From: a virus | Lineage: Duplodnaviria > Caudoviricetes | Virus record (IMG/VR): IMGVR_UViG_3300036832_000189 | Span: 1-62,247 of that record | DNA length: 62,247 nt | Reading direction: 5' to 3' (one strand) | Shown: piece after piece, positions 42,692 to 53,542 of the stretch | Position numbering within the stretch: the stretch's first letter is position 1 | Layout of the letters: each line of letters opens with the position of its first letter | The notes under the pieces: model-generated | The model's input: only the letters and a program-made list of their open reading frames with translations | The model's database searches: none | Told to the model about the DNA's origin: nothing | Position numbers and translations under genes: made by a program

Positions 42692-43675
42692 ATGCCATTC
42701 TACGACGCAAGAGCAATCTACGCTGACCCTATCCTCACCAACTTCTCGTTGGGGTTCCAGGATCAGCAGTACGTTGCTTCTAGGCTGTTCCCGATTACTC
42801 CTGTAACTCTGCCTTCGGGTAGGTACAGGACTTTCGACCGCAGCAACTGGGTTGCCTTCCCGGATCGACGTGAGCCGGGTACGTGGGCCAACGAGGTTCG
42901 CGGTGGAAAGTGGTCTGAGGACACGTTCTCCACCAAGCAGCACATGTTGCAGGCTGCAGTGGACGACCAGGAAATCGAGAACTACAACGCCGCCGGCCAG
43001 AACGCACAGGCAAACCTGTTCGCTGGCATCGACCCTGCGCGTGACGCTGTGAATCTGGTCACGCGGTCACTGCTCATCAGCTACGAGGTCGCGTGTGCCA
43101 ACATGGCACGTAACGCGGCCAACTACGCTGGTTCGCATACGACCACCAAGTCAGGTACAGGTCAGTGGACAGATCCGGGCTCAGATCCGATGGCGGACGT
43201 CATCGCCGGGATGCGGGCGATCTACACCGACATCAACTACTACCCGAACGTGATGATCTTCCCTTGGGACGCTTGGATCACGCTTGCGAACCACCCGAAG
43301 CTCATTGCAAGGTACCAGTACACCCAGGCACAGTATGACCCGGAAGCTGCACTTCGGCTCTTCACCGGGTTCGATGGCGACATTGTCGTCACAAATGCTG
43401 TGTACAACACCGCGGACAACATCGACACCACTGCAGTGATGACGAAAATCTGGGGTAAGGACGTCATCATGGCCAAGGTGGACGATGTTCCTGGACAGCA
43501 GACGCAGACGTATGCCAAGACCTTCTGTCAAATCTTCCCGGACGGCAACGTTCGGCAGGCTTGGCAGTGGCGTGAAGAGGCACGAACGTCCACCGTCTAC
43601 CGTGTCGGTTGGCGTTGGGATCTCAAGCTGACGCAGGCGCTGGCAGGATACCTCATCAAGAACGCCGTTCCGTGA
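42692..43675 (+). CDS. Major capsid protein (phage cap E-like)
   Basis: DPILTNFS, LFPITPV, W...SDPMADV, AGYLIKNAV. Confidence 0.9.
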   Translation: MPFYDARAIYADPILTNFSLGFQDQQYVASRLFPITPVTLPSGRYRTFDRSNWVAFPDRREPGTWANEVRGGKWSEDTFSTKQHMLQAAVDDQEIENYNAAGQNAQANLFAGIDPARDAVNLVTRSLLISYEVACANMARNAANYAGSHTTTKSGTGQWTDPGSDPMADVIAGMRAIYTDINYYPNVMIFPWDAWITLANHPKLIARYQYTQAQYDPEAALRLFTGFDGDIVVTNAVYNTADNIDTTAVMTKIWGKDVIMAKVDDVPGQQTQTYAKTFCQIFPDGNVRQAWQWREEARTSTVYRVGWRWDLKLTQALAGYLIKNAVP

Positions 43676-43695
43676 GAAAGGAGGGATGAACCAAC

Positions 43696-44124
43696 ATGGC
43701 TGATGAAGAACTCGTACTCGCGTCCAAGATCGAGGACAGCGAGGAGGATCCACATTCGGTTACAGGTGTATCTCCACGTGTGATCGCAGAACGAGGCGAT
43801 CCCCTGCCGTCGGAGCTGTCGGATCAGGAAGAGCAGTTCAAGAAGGATGGACTGCTTGTGCCGAAGTCCATGCTTCCGCTTGAACCCGGGGAGACGACTG
43901 ACGACATCATGTCCTCGTCGCTGACAGAGCAGGAGGCTCTCGAGCACATTCGGGAAGTGGAAGAAGACGAGGGTGGAGAGACAGACGGCACCAAGGAAGT
44001 GAAACAGGCTCTCGGTGTTCCTACTGAGGACGAGCTGAAGCAGCAGGACAAGGACAAGGCAAAGCCTGCACCAACGCAGACTGCTGCCAAGCCGGCTGCA
44101 GGAGCCAAGAAGGAAAACGGCTGA
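43696..44124 (+). CDS. Acidic hypothetical protein
   Basis: Strong RBS after capsid gene. Confidence 0.7.
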   Translation: MADEELVLASKIEDSEEDPHSVTGVSPRVIAERGDPLPSELSDQEEQFKKDGLLVPKSMLPLEPGETTDDIMSSSLTEQEALEHIREVEEDEGGETDGTKEVKQALGVPTEDELKQQDKDKAKPAPTQTAAKPAAGAKKENG

Positions 44125-44588
44125 TGCCAACGCCATCGGCACTCGCTAATGCTTCTGATGCCAATATGTTTCTGGACAGTGATACTCTGAGTGTCACCGA
44201 CCAGAACGACCAGAAGGAGCAACAGGAAGCTGCAAACATGATTACGGGCTACCTGTATGGGCGAGTGCCGGTGGCGGCGATCAACGCATGGACTGCCAAC
44301 CTGGGAGCGGTGCCACCTATCATCCGTGGCATCGCTGGGCGGTTGGTGGCTGCGTTTCGTTATAGGGCGAAGTATTCTGAGAGTGAAAATGAAGTGTCGC
44401 CTTATGCCTCGAAGCTCTACAACGAGGCGATCGCCATGCTGAATGCCATCGTGCGTGGTGACCTCATCATCCCGGAGCTGGTGGATGCAGGTCAAGATGT
44501 GAGTGATGTCCACATCACCGAGGCGTACTTCTATCCGAATGACAGTAGTGGACTCGATCCCATCTTCAATGTGGAGCGCACGTTCTAG
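44124..44588 (+). CDS. Head-tail adaptor (DUF1320/Mu gp36-like)
   Basis: ITGYLYGR...VPPII...YNEAIAML..I..G. Confidence 0.75.
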   Translation: MPTPSALANASDANMFLDSDTLSVTDQNDQKEQQEAANMITGYLYGRVPVAAINAWTANLGAVPPIIRGIAGRLVAAFRYRAKYSESENEVSPYASKLYNEAIAMLNAIVRGDLIIPELVDAGQDVSDVHITEAYFYPNDSSGLDPIFNVERTF

Positions 44589-45202
44589 TGACGGCTTTTG
44601 AACCTACCCATACGACGCCAGGTGGCGTAGAACTCGACCTCCACTGGCAGCCTGACCTGCGGATTGTGGCTGCGCAGTTCGACCAGTATGCGGAAATGGT
44701 CAGCAACTTCGCGGTGCCACTGGCAGAGGTAGCTGTGCTTGCGTCTAAGGACGCAAGAGCAAGGTTTGAGCGTGAAGGGTATGCGTCCCCTGGTGATTGG
44801 CCCGATTGGAGTGACGATTACAAAGCAATACGTGACCAGCTCCCAGGTGAAGGCACGACGATCCTCGATTTGACTGGTCGCATGCGTGCGCACGCATCAG
44901 ATCCGGCTTCATATGAAGTGGATGTTGCTGGAGGCTTCTCCGCTGGCTTCGGAGAGCTGCACTACGTGCCGGACTCTGAGCTTGATTACTACCACCAAGA
45001 AGGCACGAGCAAGATGCCTGCACGTCCGTTTATTGGGTTGGCGTCTATTTCACAGTCCATGATTGCCTTCGAGCAATGGCTTGATGCCGTCTTTGCGGAC
45101 TTCGGTACAGGAGTTCGGCCTGGGGAATCTATGGTCGTATTGCCGGGTGTCGGTATCAGGTTCAGGGGTGCTGGCGGCAAATTTGTTTCGAGCAAACGGT
45201 GA
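44588..45202 (+). CDS. Virion morphogenesis (tail completion S-like) protein
   Basis: ILDLTGRM, YHQEGTSKMPARPFIG. Confidence 0.8.
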   Translation: MTAFEPTHTTPGGVELDLHWQPDLRIVAAQFDQYAEMVSNFAVPLAEVAVLASKDARARFEREGYASPGDWPDWSDDYKAIRDQLPGEGTTILDLTGRMRAHASDPASYEVDVAGGFSAGFGELHYVPDSELDYYHQEGTSKMPARPFIGLASISQSMIAFEQWLDAVFADFGTGVRPGESMVVLPGVGIRFRGAGGKFVSSKR

Positions 45203-45664
45203 ATGGCATATTTCACAGACATCGACCAGGTCGGAACGTACTTGGAAACGCTGTTGAAGGCGCACATGAACACGTTCACGCCGCCAGTCAAGAACGTCGA
45301 GTTCGCACGAGACTCGTCAACGCTGGGCTGGCCGTGCATCACGATCCTGGCAGGCGTTTTGAGGCGCACGCCTTTGGCCACAGGACTACAGGTAGACTTG
45401 GCGTTCAACATGGCGATTTACGTGATGCATGCACCATTGGGCATGGGATTAGAGGCGCGATCCTACGAGGATTTGAAACTCGCAGCACAGGTTCGGAACC
45501 TCCTACACGCGAACACGAGGCTTCCTGATGTTGGAGGTAACCCACAAGTGGTGCAGTCCTGGATTGGTGACGAGTCACCGAGAACCTTGGCAACACGGAA
45601 AGCACCACAGGTTGTCTCAACACAACTGTTGTGGTACGCAACTTCACGAGGGAGAATAGCCTAA
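45203..45664 (+). CDS. Tail terminator (putative)
   Basis: Position and WPCITI motif. Confidence 0.6.
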   Translation: MAYFTDIDQVGTYLETLLKAHMNTFTPPVKNVEFARDSSTLGWPCITILAGVLRRTPLATGLQVDLAFNMAIYVMHAPLGMGLEARSYEDLKLAAQVRNLLHANTRLPDVGGNPQVVQSWIGDESPRTLATRKAPQVVSTQLLWYATSRGRIA

Positions 45665-45870
45665 TGTACAGCATCGCGTTTCACAATGAGGCGTTTGACA
45701 AAGATGTAGAGGTGTCTGTTCCTATGTTCCCCGTCACACTCAAGAACGGGCACACCGTCAGCATCAGCAAGGAGCAGGTCGAGGAGTACGAGGCAAAGAC
45801 GGGAAACAAATTCGAGGAAGTGGCGTCAGGCATCTACGGCGCAAAGGTCACCAAGAAGGAGGGTAAATAA
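45664..45870 (+). CDS. Small hypothetical protein
   Basis: TAATG coupling on both sides. Confidence 0.6.
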   Translation: MYSIAFHNEAFDKDVEVSVPMFPVTLKNGHTVSISKEQVEEYEAKTGNKFEEVASGIYGAKVTKKEGK

Positions 45871-46880
45871 TGCCTGCTGGACTCGGTGCAGGTGGTGCCA
45901 TTGGCGTCGCGCTAGAGACTGCCGCCGCGCCCGGCACCTGGGTTACACCCGCGATTTGGGTACCTGTTCTCAACGAGAACATCAACTACACAGAAGCACG
46001 ATACTTCTCGGAGGCGATTCGTCAGCAGACGATTGACCAGGCCGCCAAGAGAGGTTACTACCACGTCGAGGGAACATTGGGCTTGGAACTCGACACGAGG
46101 ACTTTGCCATACTTCCTTCATGCATCACGGATGGGAGTTGTAAAGACGGGTGCAGCCACACCCTGGACGTACAACTATTCTCCCGCGTCGGGCGCAACGA
46201 TCCCGGCGACCAACAGGACGCTGTCCATTACCCTGCTGCGAAATCAGACGTGGTTTGCATACACGGGCTGCGTGGTCACGAACTTCGACATTACCATCAA
46301 CAACGGCATCCTCGAGTTCAACCCGACCATCATGGGTACCACAGATGTGGCGGCGGGTGTAATTACTCCGACGCCAACGCCGGCCTGGACTCCTGCACAG
46401 ATTCTCGGTGCAGAAGCGCATTCCATCGCTGTTGGTGATGGCGCTCTGTTGTCGCCCGTAGCTGGTGTCACGGCAATGGCTAGCGCGACTGTCGATCAGA
46501 CGTTCAACGGCTTCACGTTCACGTCCAACGACAACGGTGCGGCCCAGAATCGTATCAACCAGTCACGTGGGGCAGCATACATCAGCTTCGGCAAGACCGA
46601 GGCGTCAGTGACTACTCAGTTGGATTTCGCCAACAGGACGGACTACGACCACTTCGAGAATGCAGACAGCAAGCGGTTGCAGTTCATCTCCAGCAACGGC
46701 GCAAGCGACAAGGTTGTCATCAACATCTACAACTCCGTGTTTGAAAGCTACGGTGTCCACTTGGGGGCAATGGCTGATCTGGTCATGGCTGACAGCGTGT
46801 TCCACGTTCTCGCATCTGGGGGAGCCAACCCTGGATTCGACATGAACGTCGTCAGCACTACCAGCCTCATTGTTTCCTAA
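45870..46880 (+). CDS. Major tail (tube) protein
   Basis: IGVALET..PGT; SIT...YTGCVV; position. Confidence 0.85.
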   Translation: MPAGLGAGGAIGVALETAAAPGTWVTPAIWVPVLNENINYTEARYFSEAIRQQTIDQAAKRGYYHVEGTLGLELDTRTLPYFLHASRMGVVKTGAATPWTYNYSPASGATIPATNRTLSITLLRNQTWFAYTGCVVTNFDITINNGILEFNPTIMGTTDVAAGVITPTPTPAWTPAQILGAEAHSIAVGDGALLSPVAGVTAMASATVDQTFNGFTFTSNDNGAAQNRINQSRGAAYISFGKTEASVTTQLDFANRTDYDHFENADSKRLQFISSNGASDKVVINIYNSVFESYGVHLGAMADLVMADSVFHVLASGGANPGFDMNVVSTTSLIVS

Positions 46881-46898
46881 CAAGAGAAAGGGCTAGCA

Positions 46899-47354
46899 AT
46901 GCCAAAGGCCACAGTTTCCACCGACGCGACAACGTACGAGCTCAAGAGTTTGCCCGGAGGCTACGTCAAGATCCGGGCACTCTCATATGGGAAGAAGAAG
47001 GAACGCGCAGACTTGGCGGGTCGCATGTATTCATCGCTGCCTGAGCGTCCTGGGATGAAGTCCAAGGACGACAACAAGCTATTCATGGAAGCGGTGAACA
47101 GAGCATCAACACACTTCGACTTCTCCAACTGCGTCGTTGAACACAACTTGGAGAATGACGACGGCTCTATGCTGAACTTCCAGTTGGAGGGCACGCTGGA
47201 TATCCTCGACCCCCGTGTGGGGGGTGAGATTGAGAACCTGCTTGCTCGTATCAATGGTGACGATGAGGACTTGCGGGATTTTACCGCATTGCTTTCCACC
47301 TCGTCTCCAGCCAACGACGGAGAAGCGAAGCCTCAGCCGGCCTCGAAAGACTAG
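46899..47354 (+). CDS. Tail assembly chaperone G
   Basis: Between tube and tape measure genes; VVEHNLE.DDG. Confidence 0.8.
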   Translation: MPKATVSTDATTYELKSLPGGYVKIRALSYGKKKERADLAGRMYSSLPERPGMKSKDDNKLFMEAVNRASTHFDFSNCVVEHNLENDDGSMLNFQLEGTLDILDPRVGGEIENLLARINGDDEDLRDFTALLSTSSPANDGEAKPQPASKD

Positions 47355-47566
47355 ACGTTCTCCTGACAGCAGAAGAAGCGGAGGTACAGTGGTGGGTGAA
47401 CCTCGGGGTTACCTGCAGAACCCTCCACTGTTTGCCGTACGCGGGAGGCTGGCTTGACCAGCCTTCATACACGGCTAGGCGATTGGAAACGGTGTTCAGT
47501 GTCCTCGACGCTGTTGACAGCATCGAACATCGGAAGCAGATGGCAGAGGCCAAACGTGGTCATTGA
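46899..47566 (+). CDS. Tail assembly chaperone GT via -1 frameshift at G-GAT-TTT (47276-47282)
   Basis: -1 frame open to TGA 47566 and encodes CRTLHCLPYAGGWLDQP. Confidence 0.75.
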
Positions 47567-47583
47567 AGTGAGCAGAGCAGAAA

Positions 47584-50500
47584 ATGCCTAGCGCACGAGA
47601 GCTGTTCATCATCGTACGCGCGAATGACGAGGCCAGCCGTCAGCTCCGGCAGGTCGGCAGTAACTTGCGTTTCCTGTCGAAAGAGACAGACTTCGCGGCC
47701 GCACGCACTCGACAATTCGCAGCACAGCAGCAGTTCTCCGCTCGTCAACTGGCATTGCAAGCACGCCAGGCTAACCTGAACCGACAGCTTTTTGAACACG
47801 TCAACGAGGCAGGGCAGAAGGTACCTGCCCTTCTTGACGTGCAGACGGGCCTCGCCCAACAGAAACTGGATCGTCTAGGGAAGGCACGTATCCTCGCAGA
47901 GCAGAGGTACACGTCCTTTGTGCAGCGCCGTGGTGAGATGGAACAGGCGGTGTATGCGGCCTCGGCGAAAGCACAAGAGGAACAGCTTGCTCAGTTCAAG
48001 AAATCAGAAGAATACATGGCAGCGGCACCAGGCTCTCGTGGTGGCCTGGTTGCTGGGGCTAAGGGACGTCTTGCACAACAGGCTGCATTGTTTGAGGGTA
48101 GAGCTCTGCAGAAGATCGCCCAGGACGAAACACGGCTACAATTGGCGTCGGAGAGAGCTGGTGAAGCCTTTATCCAGCAAGGCATTGCATCGGAGAAGCT
48201 AGCTCTATCGGTAGATGCTGCCAAGGCTTCCTTGAGCCAAACGACATCACAAATGAGACAGAACTCCATTGCTGCAGAAGAAAATGCAGCAGTGCTGAGA
48301 AAGCTGCGCCAGCAGGAACTCATGGTGTTGCCGAACAAGTTGGCGGGTGCGGGACGAGCTGCATCATTCCTTGGTCAGAACCTCCAGTTTGCTGGTGGTA
48401 TTGGTCTTGCAGGACTAGGCTTCGCTGCTAACTCGGCGGCTGCTCTGCAGACTAGCACACAGCTTGCAGCTACGCAGGCTGGTTCATCCTTGGCGACAAT
48501 TGAGAAAAAGGGTAACCAGGCGTTTGATGCCATCATCAAGCAGATGCAGCGGTTCCCGGCGACTTCTCAGGAGATGAGCCAGTCGCTGTATGACATCTTC
48601 TCTGGCACGAACGTGCAGGGTATCGCCAAAGGCACGGCCCTGCTCGCACTGTTCAACAAAGCTGCCGTTGGTGGCCAGGCATCACTGAACACGGTCACGC
48701 AGGCAGGACTGACAGTGATGAACGCCTACGGGCTCAAGGTCAGTCAGATGCCGAAGATTATGAACCAGATGTTCTCGGCTGTGCGTTTCGGACGTACCAA
48801 CATGGAGGACTTCGGAAATTCACTGAATCAGTTGGTGCCTGCATTTGAGTCTGCAAACCAGTCCACAATGGTCATGTTCGGCTCACTGGCGTTCCTAACG
48901 AGACGTATGCCATCTGTCCGTATGGCTGCAACTTCGCTTGCACGGGCGACGGAGGTTCTCGGCAACGCAGCATTTGTCAAGGGTATGCACCAAGCTGGCG
49001 TGGAGATAACCAACGCTCATCATGCGCTGTTGCCGCTGCCAGAGGTCATCGGACGCATCTTGCAGAAGTTCCCACAGCTTGGCAGGGATGCCAACATCCA
49101 GAACTTCATCAAGACTATCAGTGGTATGAGTGGCACTATCCAGGCCCGCCGTGCGTTGACGTTCCTGTTCCGGGACTTTGGAGCCTACCAGAAGATGTTG
49201 CACCAGGTTTCTGGAGACACGAACGAGTTTGGTCGCTCATTCTCGGCAATGACCAAGACACAGGGCAACCAGTGGAAAGTGTTCATCAACAGCATGAAGG
49301 CTCTGTGGCTGGAGCTGGGTAAAGCTGCGATTCCAACACTGGTCGGCATGAGCAAGCCTATAGTTGCTATAACACACCAGCTCGAGAACATGAGTCCTCA
49401 AACTAAAAGCATGATTGGTCAATGGGCGGCCTTGTCGGCTGCAGGCTTGCTTCTAATGGGTACGTTTAGCCGCATTGTCGGTATCATTTTGAGCTTTAGT
49501 AGCACTATGATGATTCTCAACCAGCGGTTGGCAATCTCAGCATCAATAGGACGGTTGGTTACGTTTCTAAGAATGGCACAAGTAGCCTTTGTGTCTGCTG
49601 GTGGTGGGGCTGCTGGACTTAGAGCAGGGTTGGCGACGTTAGCAACTACGATTGGGCCTGGATCGCTTCTTCTAGTTGGACTTGCAGCCGTAGGTGCTGC
49701 TGTATACATTCTGAGCACGGAATCTGACGACGTGCAGAAACACCTTGAGGCGCTGGGTAACACGATGAAGAGAATCAACCAGCTACCTCCACTAAGGGCT
49801 GGCCCTGCAGTTGATAGAGGACTCATCCAGGCTGGTGCGAACGCACAGTATTTCCATGAACAGCTCGGACAAGTCCATGAGCAAATGCAGAACTTCCAGC
49901 CCGCGGTCGGTGGTCGTCTAGGTGCCACACAAGCACAGTTGGCGACTGTTAGCATGGTTGGGAGAGCGAAAGAACTCGACCAGGCCATCAAGTTGACGTG
50001 GAAACAGCAGGAAGAACTCAACAAGAAGGTCATCCAGGGTGCGAGTGCCTACAACAGGTTGCATGATGCCGCTAAGAAGGCATTGGAGCCCCAACGAAGT
50101 CAGTTGCAGACGAATGTGCTCAACATGTTCAAGATTTCGGATCAGGGTGTAAGATCCACTGTACAATCGCTGTCTCAGATGACTGACACGGTACTCGGCG
50201 CAAAGGTGATCGCGCGAGTTCAAGAGTTAGGCTCAAAGGGTAGGATCACGCTCCAGCAGATAGCATTCGCTACACACCAGCTAGCTTCACGAGATTACCT
50301 GGCTCATTTCCTACGTCTGGATCCGAAGCAGGCTCTAAAGGCAATGGCAGAGATTCAGGCCAAAGGCCGGATGATAAAGTTGCCCCCGGTCAAGGTTCAT
50401 GCCGATACAAGAACTGCCAACAAGAATTTAGACGCTCTCAAGCAACAATACACACGGAATGCTGGCATAATGAGTAAGCCTATTGGTATCCATGTGTACC

Positions 50501-51498
50501 TGGACACGGCCACACTTGCCGGAGACTTCGCCACGATGGAGTCTGATGCCGCTGCAGCAGCAGGGATAGCTGCTGCAAATATGAAGACCGTGTTCAACGA
50601 ACGATTCAAGCGAGGGTCACCATCCAAGTGGATGATTCGGCTCGGCCAAGATTTGATGACTGGGCTTGTACAGGGTATTGCAAGCAAGAAGGCGGACTTC
50701 AAGTCTCAGGTGCAATCCGTGGCACAGGCTATCTCTACAGCATTTGACGATGTCAAAAGCACGGCTGTAAGTGCTATGGGTACGCTATTTAGTGGTCCGC
50801 TGTTCGGGCCAGGAGCGGGGACACCTAGCTTCCAAACCAAAATGGACTTCGGTGCGAAGCTCTCATTTGGGGATGTAAGTGGCGACTTGAGAACACAAGT
50901 CTCTCAGTTCCGCTCTTGGCGGCTTGCACTGCAGCGGTTAGCTGCGGACGGGTTCCCACCAGGACTCATTCAACAGCTCATGGCACTTGGTCCTGCAGCA
51001 ATGCCAGAGGTTCTTGCACTCGTCCACGCCACACGGGGACAGCGGAAGTCGTTCGTCAGGCTGTACAGACAGCAACAGGGAGAAATCAACAGCATGACTC
51101 GCTTCGGTATGTCGGAGCAGATGAAAGTGTGGAAGCAGATGGGCAAGAGCGTAGCTTTCGGCTTCTTGGCTGGGCTTAGGAGTGAGTCACCAGCTATTGT
51201 GCGCTACCTGCGGAAGCTGATGCAGGAGTTGTTCCACACGGTGCAGCATCACAACAAGTCACATTCGCCTTCCAGGCTGTACTTCCAGGAGGGCGTGAAC
51301 ATGATGACTGGCCTGCAGATGGGTATGGATAGCGTCGGCGTCGTTGTCCCCGGTGTGGGGTTTGGATCACGGGGGGCCGGGGGCGTCCAGTACCATTACC
51401 ATCAACACCTCCAGAGGTCACCAGATACATCTGAGCGTGCGTTCCTGCGTATGGCTCGCTGGGATTATGAGCGGCATATTCCAAGGCGGCGTGGGTGA
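47584..51498 (+). CDS. Tape measure protein
   Basis: 1304 aa, helical/Ala-rich, IIVRANDEAS start, GSPSK/HSPSR motifs. Confidence 0.93.
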   Translation: MPSARELFIIVRANDEASRQLRQVGSNLRFLSKETDFAAARTRQFAAQQQFSARQLALQARQANLNRQLFEHVNEAGQKVPALLDVQTGLAQQKLDRLGKARILAEQRYTSFVQRRGEMEQAVYAASAKAQEEQLAQFKKSEEYMAAAPGSRGGLVAGAKGRLAQQAALFEGRALQKIAQDETRLQLASERAGEAFIQQGIASEKLALSVDAAKASLSQTTSQMRQNSIAAEENAAVLRKLRQQELMVLPNKLAGAGRAASFLGQNLQFAGGIGLAGLGFAANSAAALQTSTQLAATQAGSSLATIEKKGNQAFDAIIKQMQRFPATSQEMSQSLYDIFSGTNVQGIAKGTALLALFNKAAVGGQASLNTVTQAGLTVMNAYGLKVSQMPKIMNQMFSAVRFGRTNMEDFGNSLNQLVPAFESANQSTMVMFGSLAFLTRRMPSVRMAATSLARATEVLGNAAFVKGMHQAGVEITNAHHALLPLPEVIGRILQKFPQLGRDANIQNFIKTISGMSGTIQARRALTFLFRDFGAYQKMLHQVSGDTNEFGRSFSAMTKTQGNQWKVFINSMKALWLELGKAAIPTLVGMSKPIVAITHQLENMSPQTKSMIGQWAALSAAGLLLMGTFSRIVGIILSFSSTMMILNQRLAISASIGRLVTFLRMAQVAFVSAGGGAAGLRAGLATLATTIGPGSLLLVGLAAVGAAVYILSTESDDVQKHLEALGNTMKRINQLPPLRAGPAVDRGLIQAGANAQYFHEQLGQVHEQMQNFQPAVGGRLGATQAQLATVSMVGRAKELDQAIKLTWKQQEELNKKVIQGASAYNRLHDAAKKALEPQRSQLQTNVLNMFKISDQGVRSTVQSLSQMTDTVLGAKVIARVQELGSKGRITLQQIAFATHQLASRDYLAHFLRLDPKQALKAMAEIQAKGRMIKLPPVKVHADTRTANKNLDALKQQYTRNAGIMSKPIGIHVYLDTATLAGDFATMESDAAAAAGIAAANMKTVFNERFKRGSPSKWMIRLGQDLMTGLVQGIASKKADFKSQVQSVAQAISTAFDDVKSTAVSAMGTLFSGPLFGPGAGTPSFQTKMDFGAKLSFGDVSGDLRTQVSQFRSWRLALQRLAADGFPPGLIQQLMALGPAAMPEVLALVHATRGQRKSFVRLYRQQQGEINSMTRFGMSEQMKVWKQMGKSVAFGFLAGLRSESPAIVRYLRKLMQELFHTVQHHNKSHSPSRLYFQEGVNMMTGLQMGMDSVGVVVPGVGFGSRGAGGVQYHYHQHLQRSPDTSERAFLRMARWDYERHIPRRRG

Positions 51499-52382
51499 TC
51501 GAGTCCATCACAGTGTTGGGCACGAACGGCTCCCAGGTGCAATTGAATCTAGCGGATAATGTTTACACGATCGAGACCTTCGACGTGACGTACGACGCAC
51601 GAAGTGACGACACCGACAGAGTACAGGAGCATGGTACGTGGCCGGCCTTCGATTATATCGAGACAATGCATGTGAGCATCGAGGGCAAGATCAATGCGAA
51701 CAACGCTGGTGACTATTGGGCTAAGCGGCGCACGTTCTTGGCTCCATTTACGCCTGTGCCTGAGAAGGGTATTCGGACTACGTGTAGGCTGTTGGCAGCG
51801 TTCACGGATTTCCCAGAGGTTGTCCAGTTGGACTGCAACCTCGATGGCAGCCGCCCGGCTGTGCCGATGACTGTAGATATCCCTGCAGTTACACAGTATC
51901 AGATCAACTTGAAGGCTCGTGACCCTCGGTGGCTTGGAGAGCTGGTACAAACTCTGAGTCTTGGGATACCTGCTAGCGGTGCTCCTGGGTTCACTGTTCC
52001 ATTTACACTGCCGATCACACTTACGGGTGGCAACAGCCCTGTGAACTCTGTGATGAATGCTGGTGACGTGGTCACGTACCCAGATATCATCATTCCAGGG
52101 CCGTGTTCAGACCCATCACTAACTGTGTTTCGGCCTGATGGCAGCAGTGAACAGTGGGCTCTGCAGAACATCTTCATCCCACAGGGGCAGGTTATTGAGG
52201 CAGATTTCCAGGCTACAACTGTCATTTTGAACGGGCAGTTCAATCTGTACTCGAAGCTGGCACCATCATCCGTGTGGTGGCGTTTAGATCCTGGTATCAA
52301 CCAGGTTGAGTACAACGCCGTGAACACGACCACGGACACTCCGCCAGCGCAGATCAACTGGCAAAATGCGTACATGCTTTAG
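51495..52382 (+). CDS. Distal tail protein (Dit)
   Basis: Follows TMP; LKARDPRW, NAGDVVTYP, WWRLDPGIN. Confidence 0.85.
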   Translation: MIESITVLGTNGSQVQLNLADNVYTIETFDVTYDARSDDTDRVQEHGTWPAFDYIETMHVSIEGKINANNAGDYWAKRRTFLAPFTPVPEKGIRTTCRLLAAFTDFPEVVQLDCNLDGSRPAVPMTVDIPAVTQYQINLKARDPRWLGELVQTLSLGIPASGAPGFTVPFTLPITLTGGNSPVNSVMNAGDVVTYPDIIIPGPCSDPSLTVFRPDGSSEQWALQNIFIPQGQVIEADFQATTVILNGQFNLYSKLAPSSVWWRLDPGINQVEYNAVNTTTDTPPAQINWQNAYML

Positions 52383-52395
52383 CTAAGGAGACTTC

Positions 52396-53541
52396 ATGGC
52401 CTCACCAGCAACGGTGAACGGAGACATCAACTTCCTTGGGTCGGGAACGTATACCGGCGAGGACTTGCGCTCCGTTCTATCGGACAACGTGGCGATTGGA
52501 GCTGTTGATCGGGGTAGCTTCAAGGTTCTATCCTCTGCAGGACTGACCCTTACTATCAGCCCTGGCACTGCATATGTGCGCCAGCCTGGAGATGGCACAG
52601 CATATGTGGTTTCGCAGTTCAACACGCCTCTCCAGATCACGTTAGATACTCCTGCGCCCTCGGGCAACCCAAGAGTGGACTCGTTGTACTTGCAGATAGC
52701 CGATGGCTCTGCCTCTGGAGACACGAGCAACCAGTTCACAGGACAGGTAATCCCGCTCACGGGAGCTCAGGCAGCTTCGGCTACGTTGGACAACAGGAAC
52801 GGTGCGCTAGACCCACGTACTAACCTCGCAGCATCACCGGCGTACATTCCGTTGGCGGATATCATCGTGAATGCAGGCGCAACGTCTGTGTCGAATGCGA
52901 ACATCCGTGATCGCCGGCCAGTTTCACTTGGTGTGCCGACGCCTACGACTGACGTAGACCAAGCAAATATGGCATTCTCTCCAGCAATCCCCTTCGGGCG
53001 GCACACGATTGTAGGGGCGGACTACGCGCAGAACCAGGTAGCTGTGTTGACGACGTTGAACCGTAGGATTCCGGCTACCAAGCTCCGATGGTGCTATTGG
53101 GAAGATCCAACAACGCCTATCTCGAGCGGTGTAGGCTGGCGGTTCGTTATCTGTGGGGGTGATGGCTACAAGATCGCAGACACTGGAATTGTGCTTTTCA
53201 CTGGCACGGCTGGTACCGCCCCACACATTGTCCAGAACCTGACGCTTCCATATGCAGGCTACGTGTTTGAACCTGGTCAGTATTACACGTGGTTTGGACT
53301 CGGCGGAGCTACATCGGGCATGACTGCCTATTGGGTCGGTACGTCTCTCGGCTTCACTGGTGGCTCCAACGACCAGACTGTAAGAGGCTCGACAGTTCCT
53401 GCGACGAATCACGCCTTCGCAGCAAATACGGGTGGAACTGCATTCCCGACATCTGGCAACATCCTGGGTATGGCGGATCTGGCTGTGTCGGGGATTTCCA
53501 ATCCTGTGCTGCCTTGCCCGGTGTATACACTCAGCACATAG
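52396..53541 (+). CDS. Minor tail protein
   Basis: LTLTISPGTAYV, NPRVD, IPLADI.V....V.NANIRDRR. Confidence 0.78.
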   Translation: MASPATVNGDINFLGSGTYTGEDLRSVLSDNVAIGAVDRGSFKVLSSAGLTLTISPGTAYVRQPGDGTAYVVSQFNTPLQITLDTPAPSGNPRVDSLYLQIADGSASGDTSNQFTGQVIPLTGAQAASATLDNRNGALDPRTNLAASPAYIPLADIIVNAGATSVSNANIRDRRPVSLGVPTPTTDVDQANMAFSPAIPFGRHTIVGADYAQNQVAVLTTLNRRIPATKLRWCYWEDPTTPISSGVGWRFVICGGDGYKIADTGIVLFTGTAGTAPHIVQNLTLPYAGYVFEPGQYYTWFGLGGATSGMTAYWVGTSLGFTGGSNDQTVRGSTVPATNHAFAANTGGTAFPTSGNILGMADLAVSGISNPVLPCPVYTLST

Positions 53542-53542
53542 T

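Noticed and set aside
38999-45202. Transposable Mu-like phage
   Set aside because: Only head/neck genes are Mu-like; no transposase, and the phage encodes its own PolA and primase.
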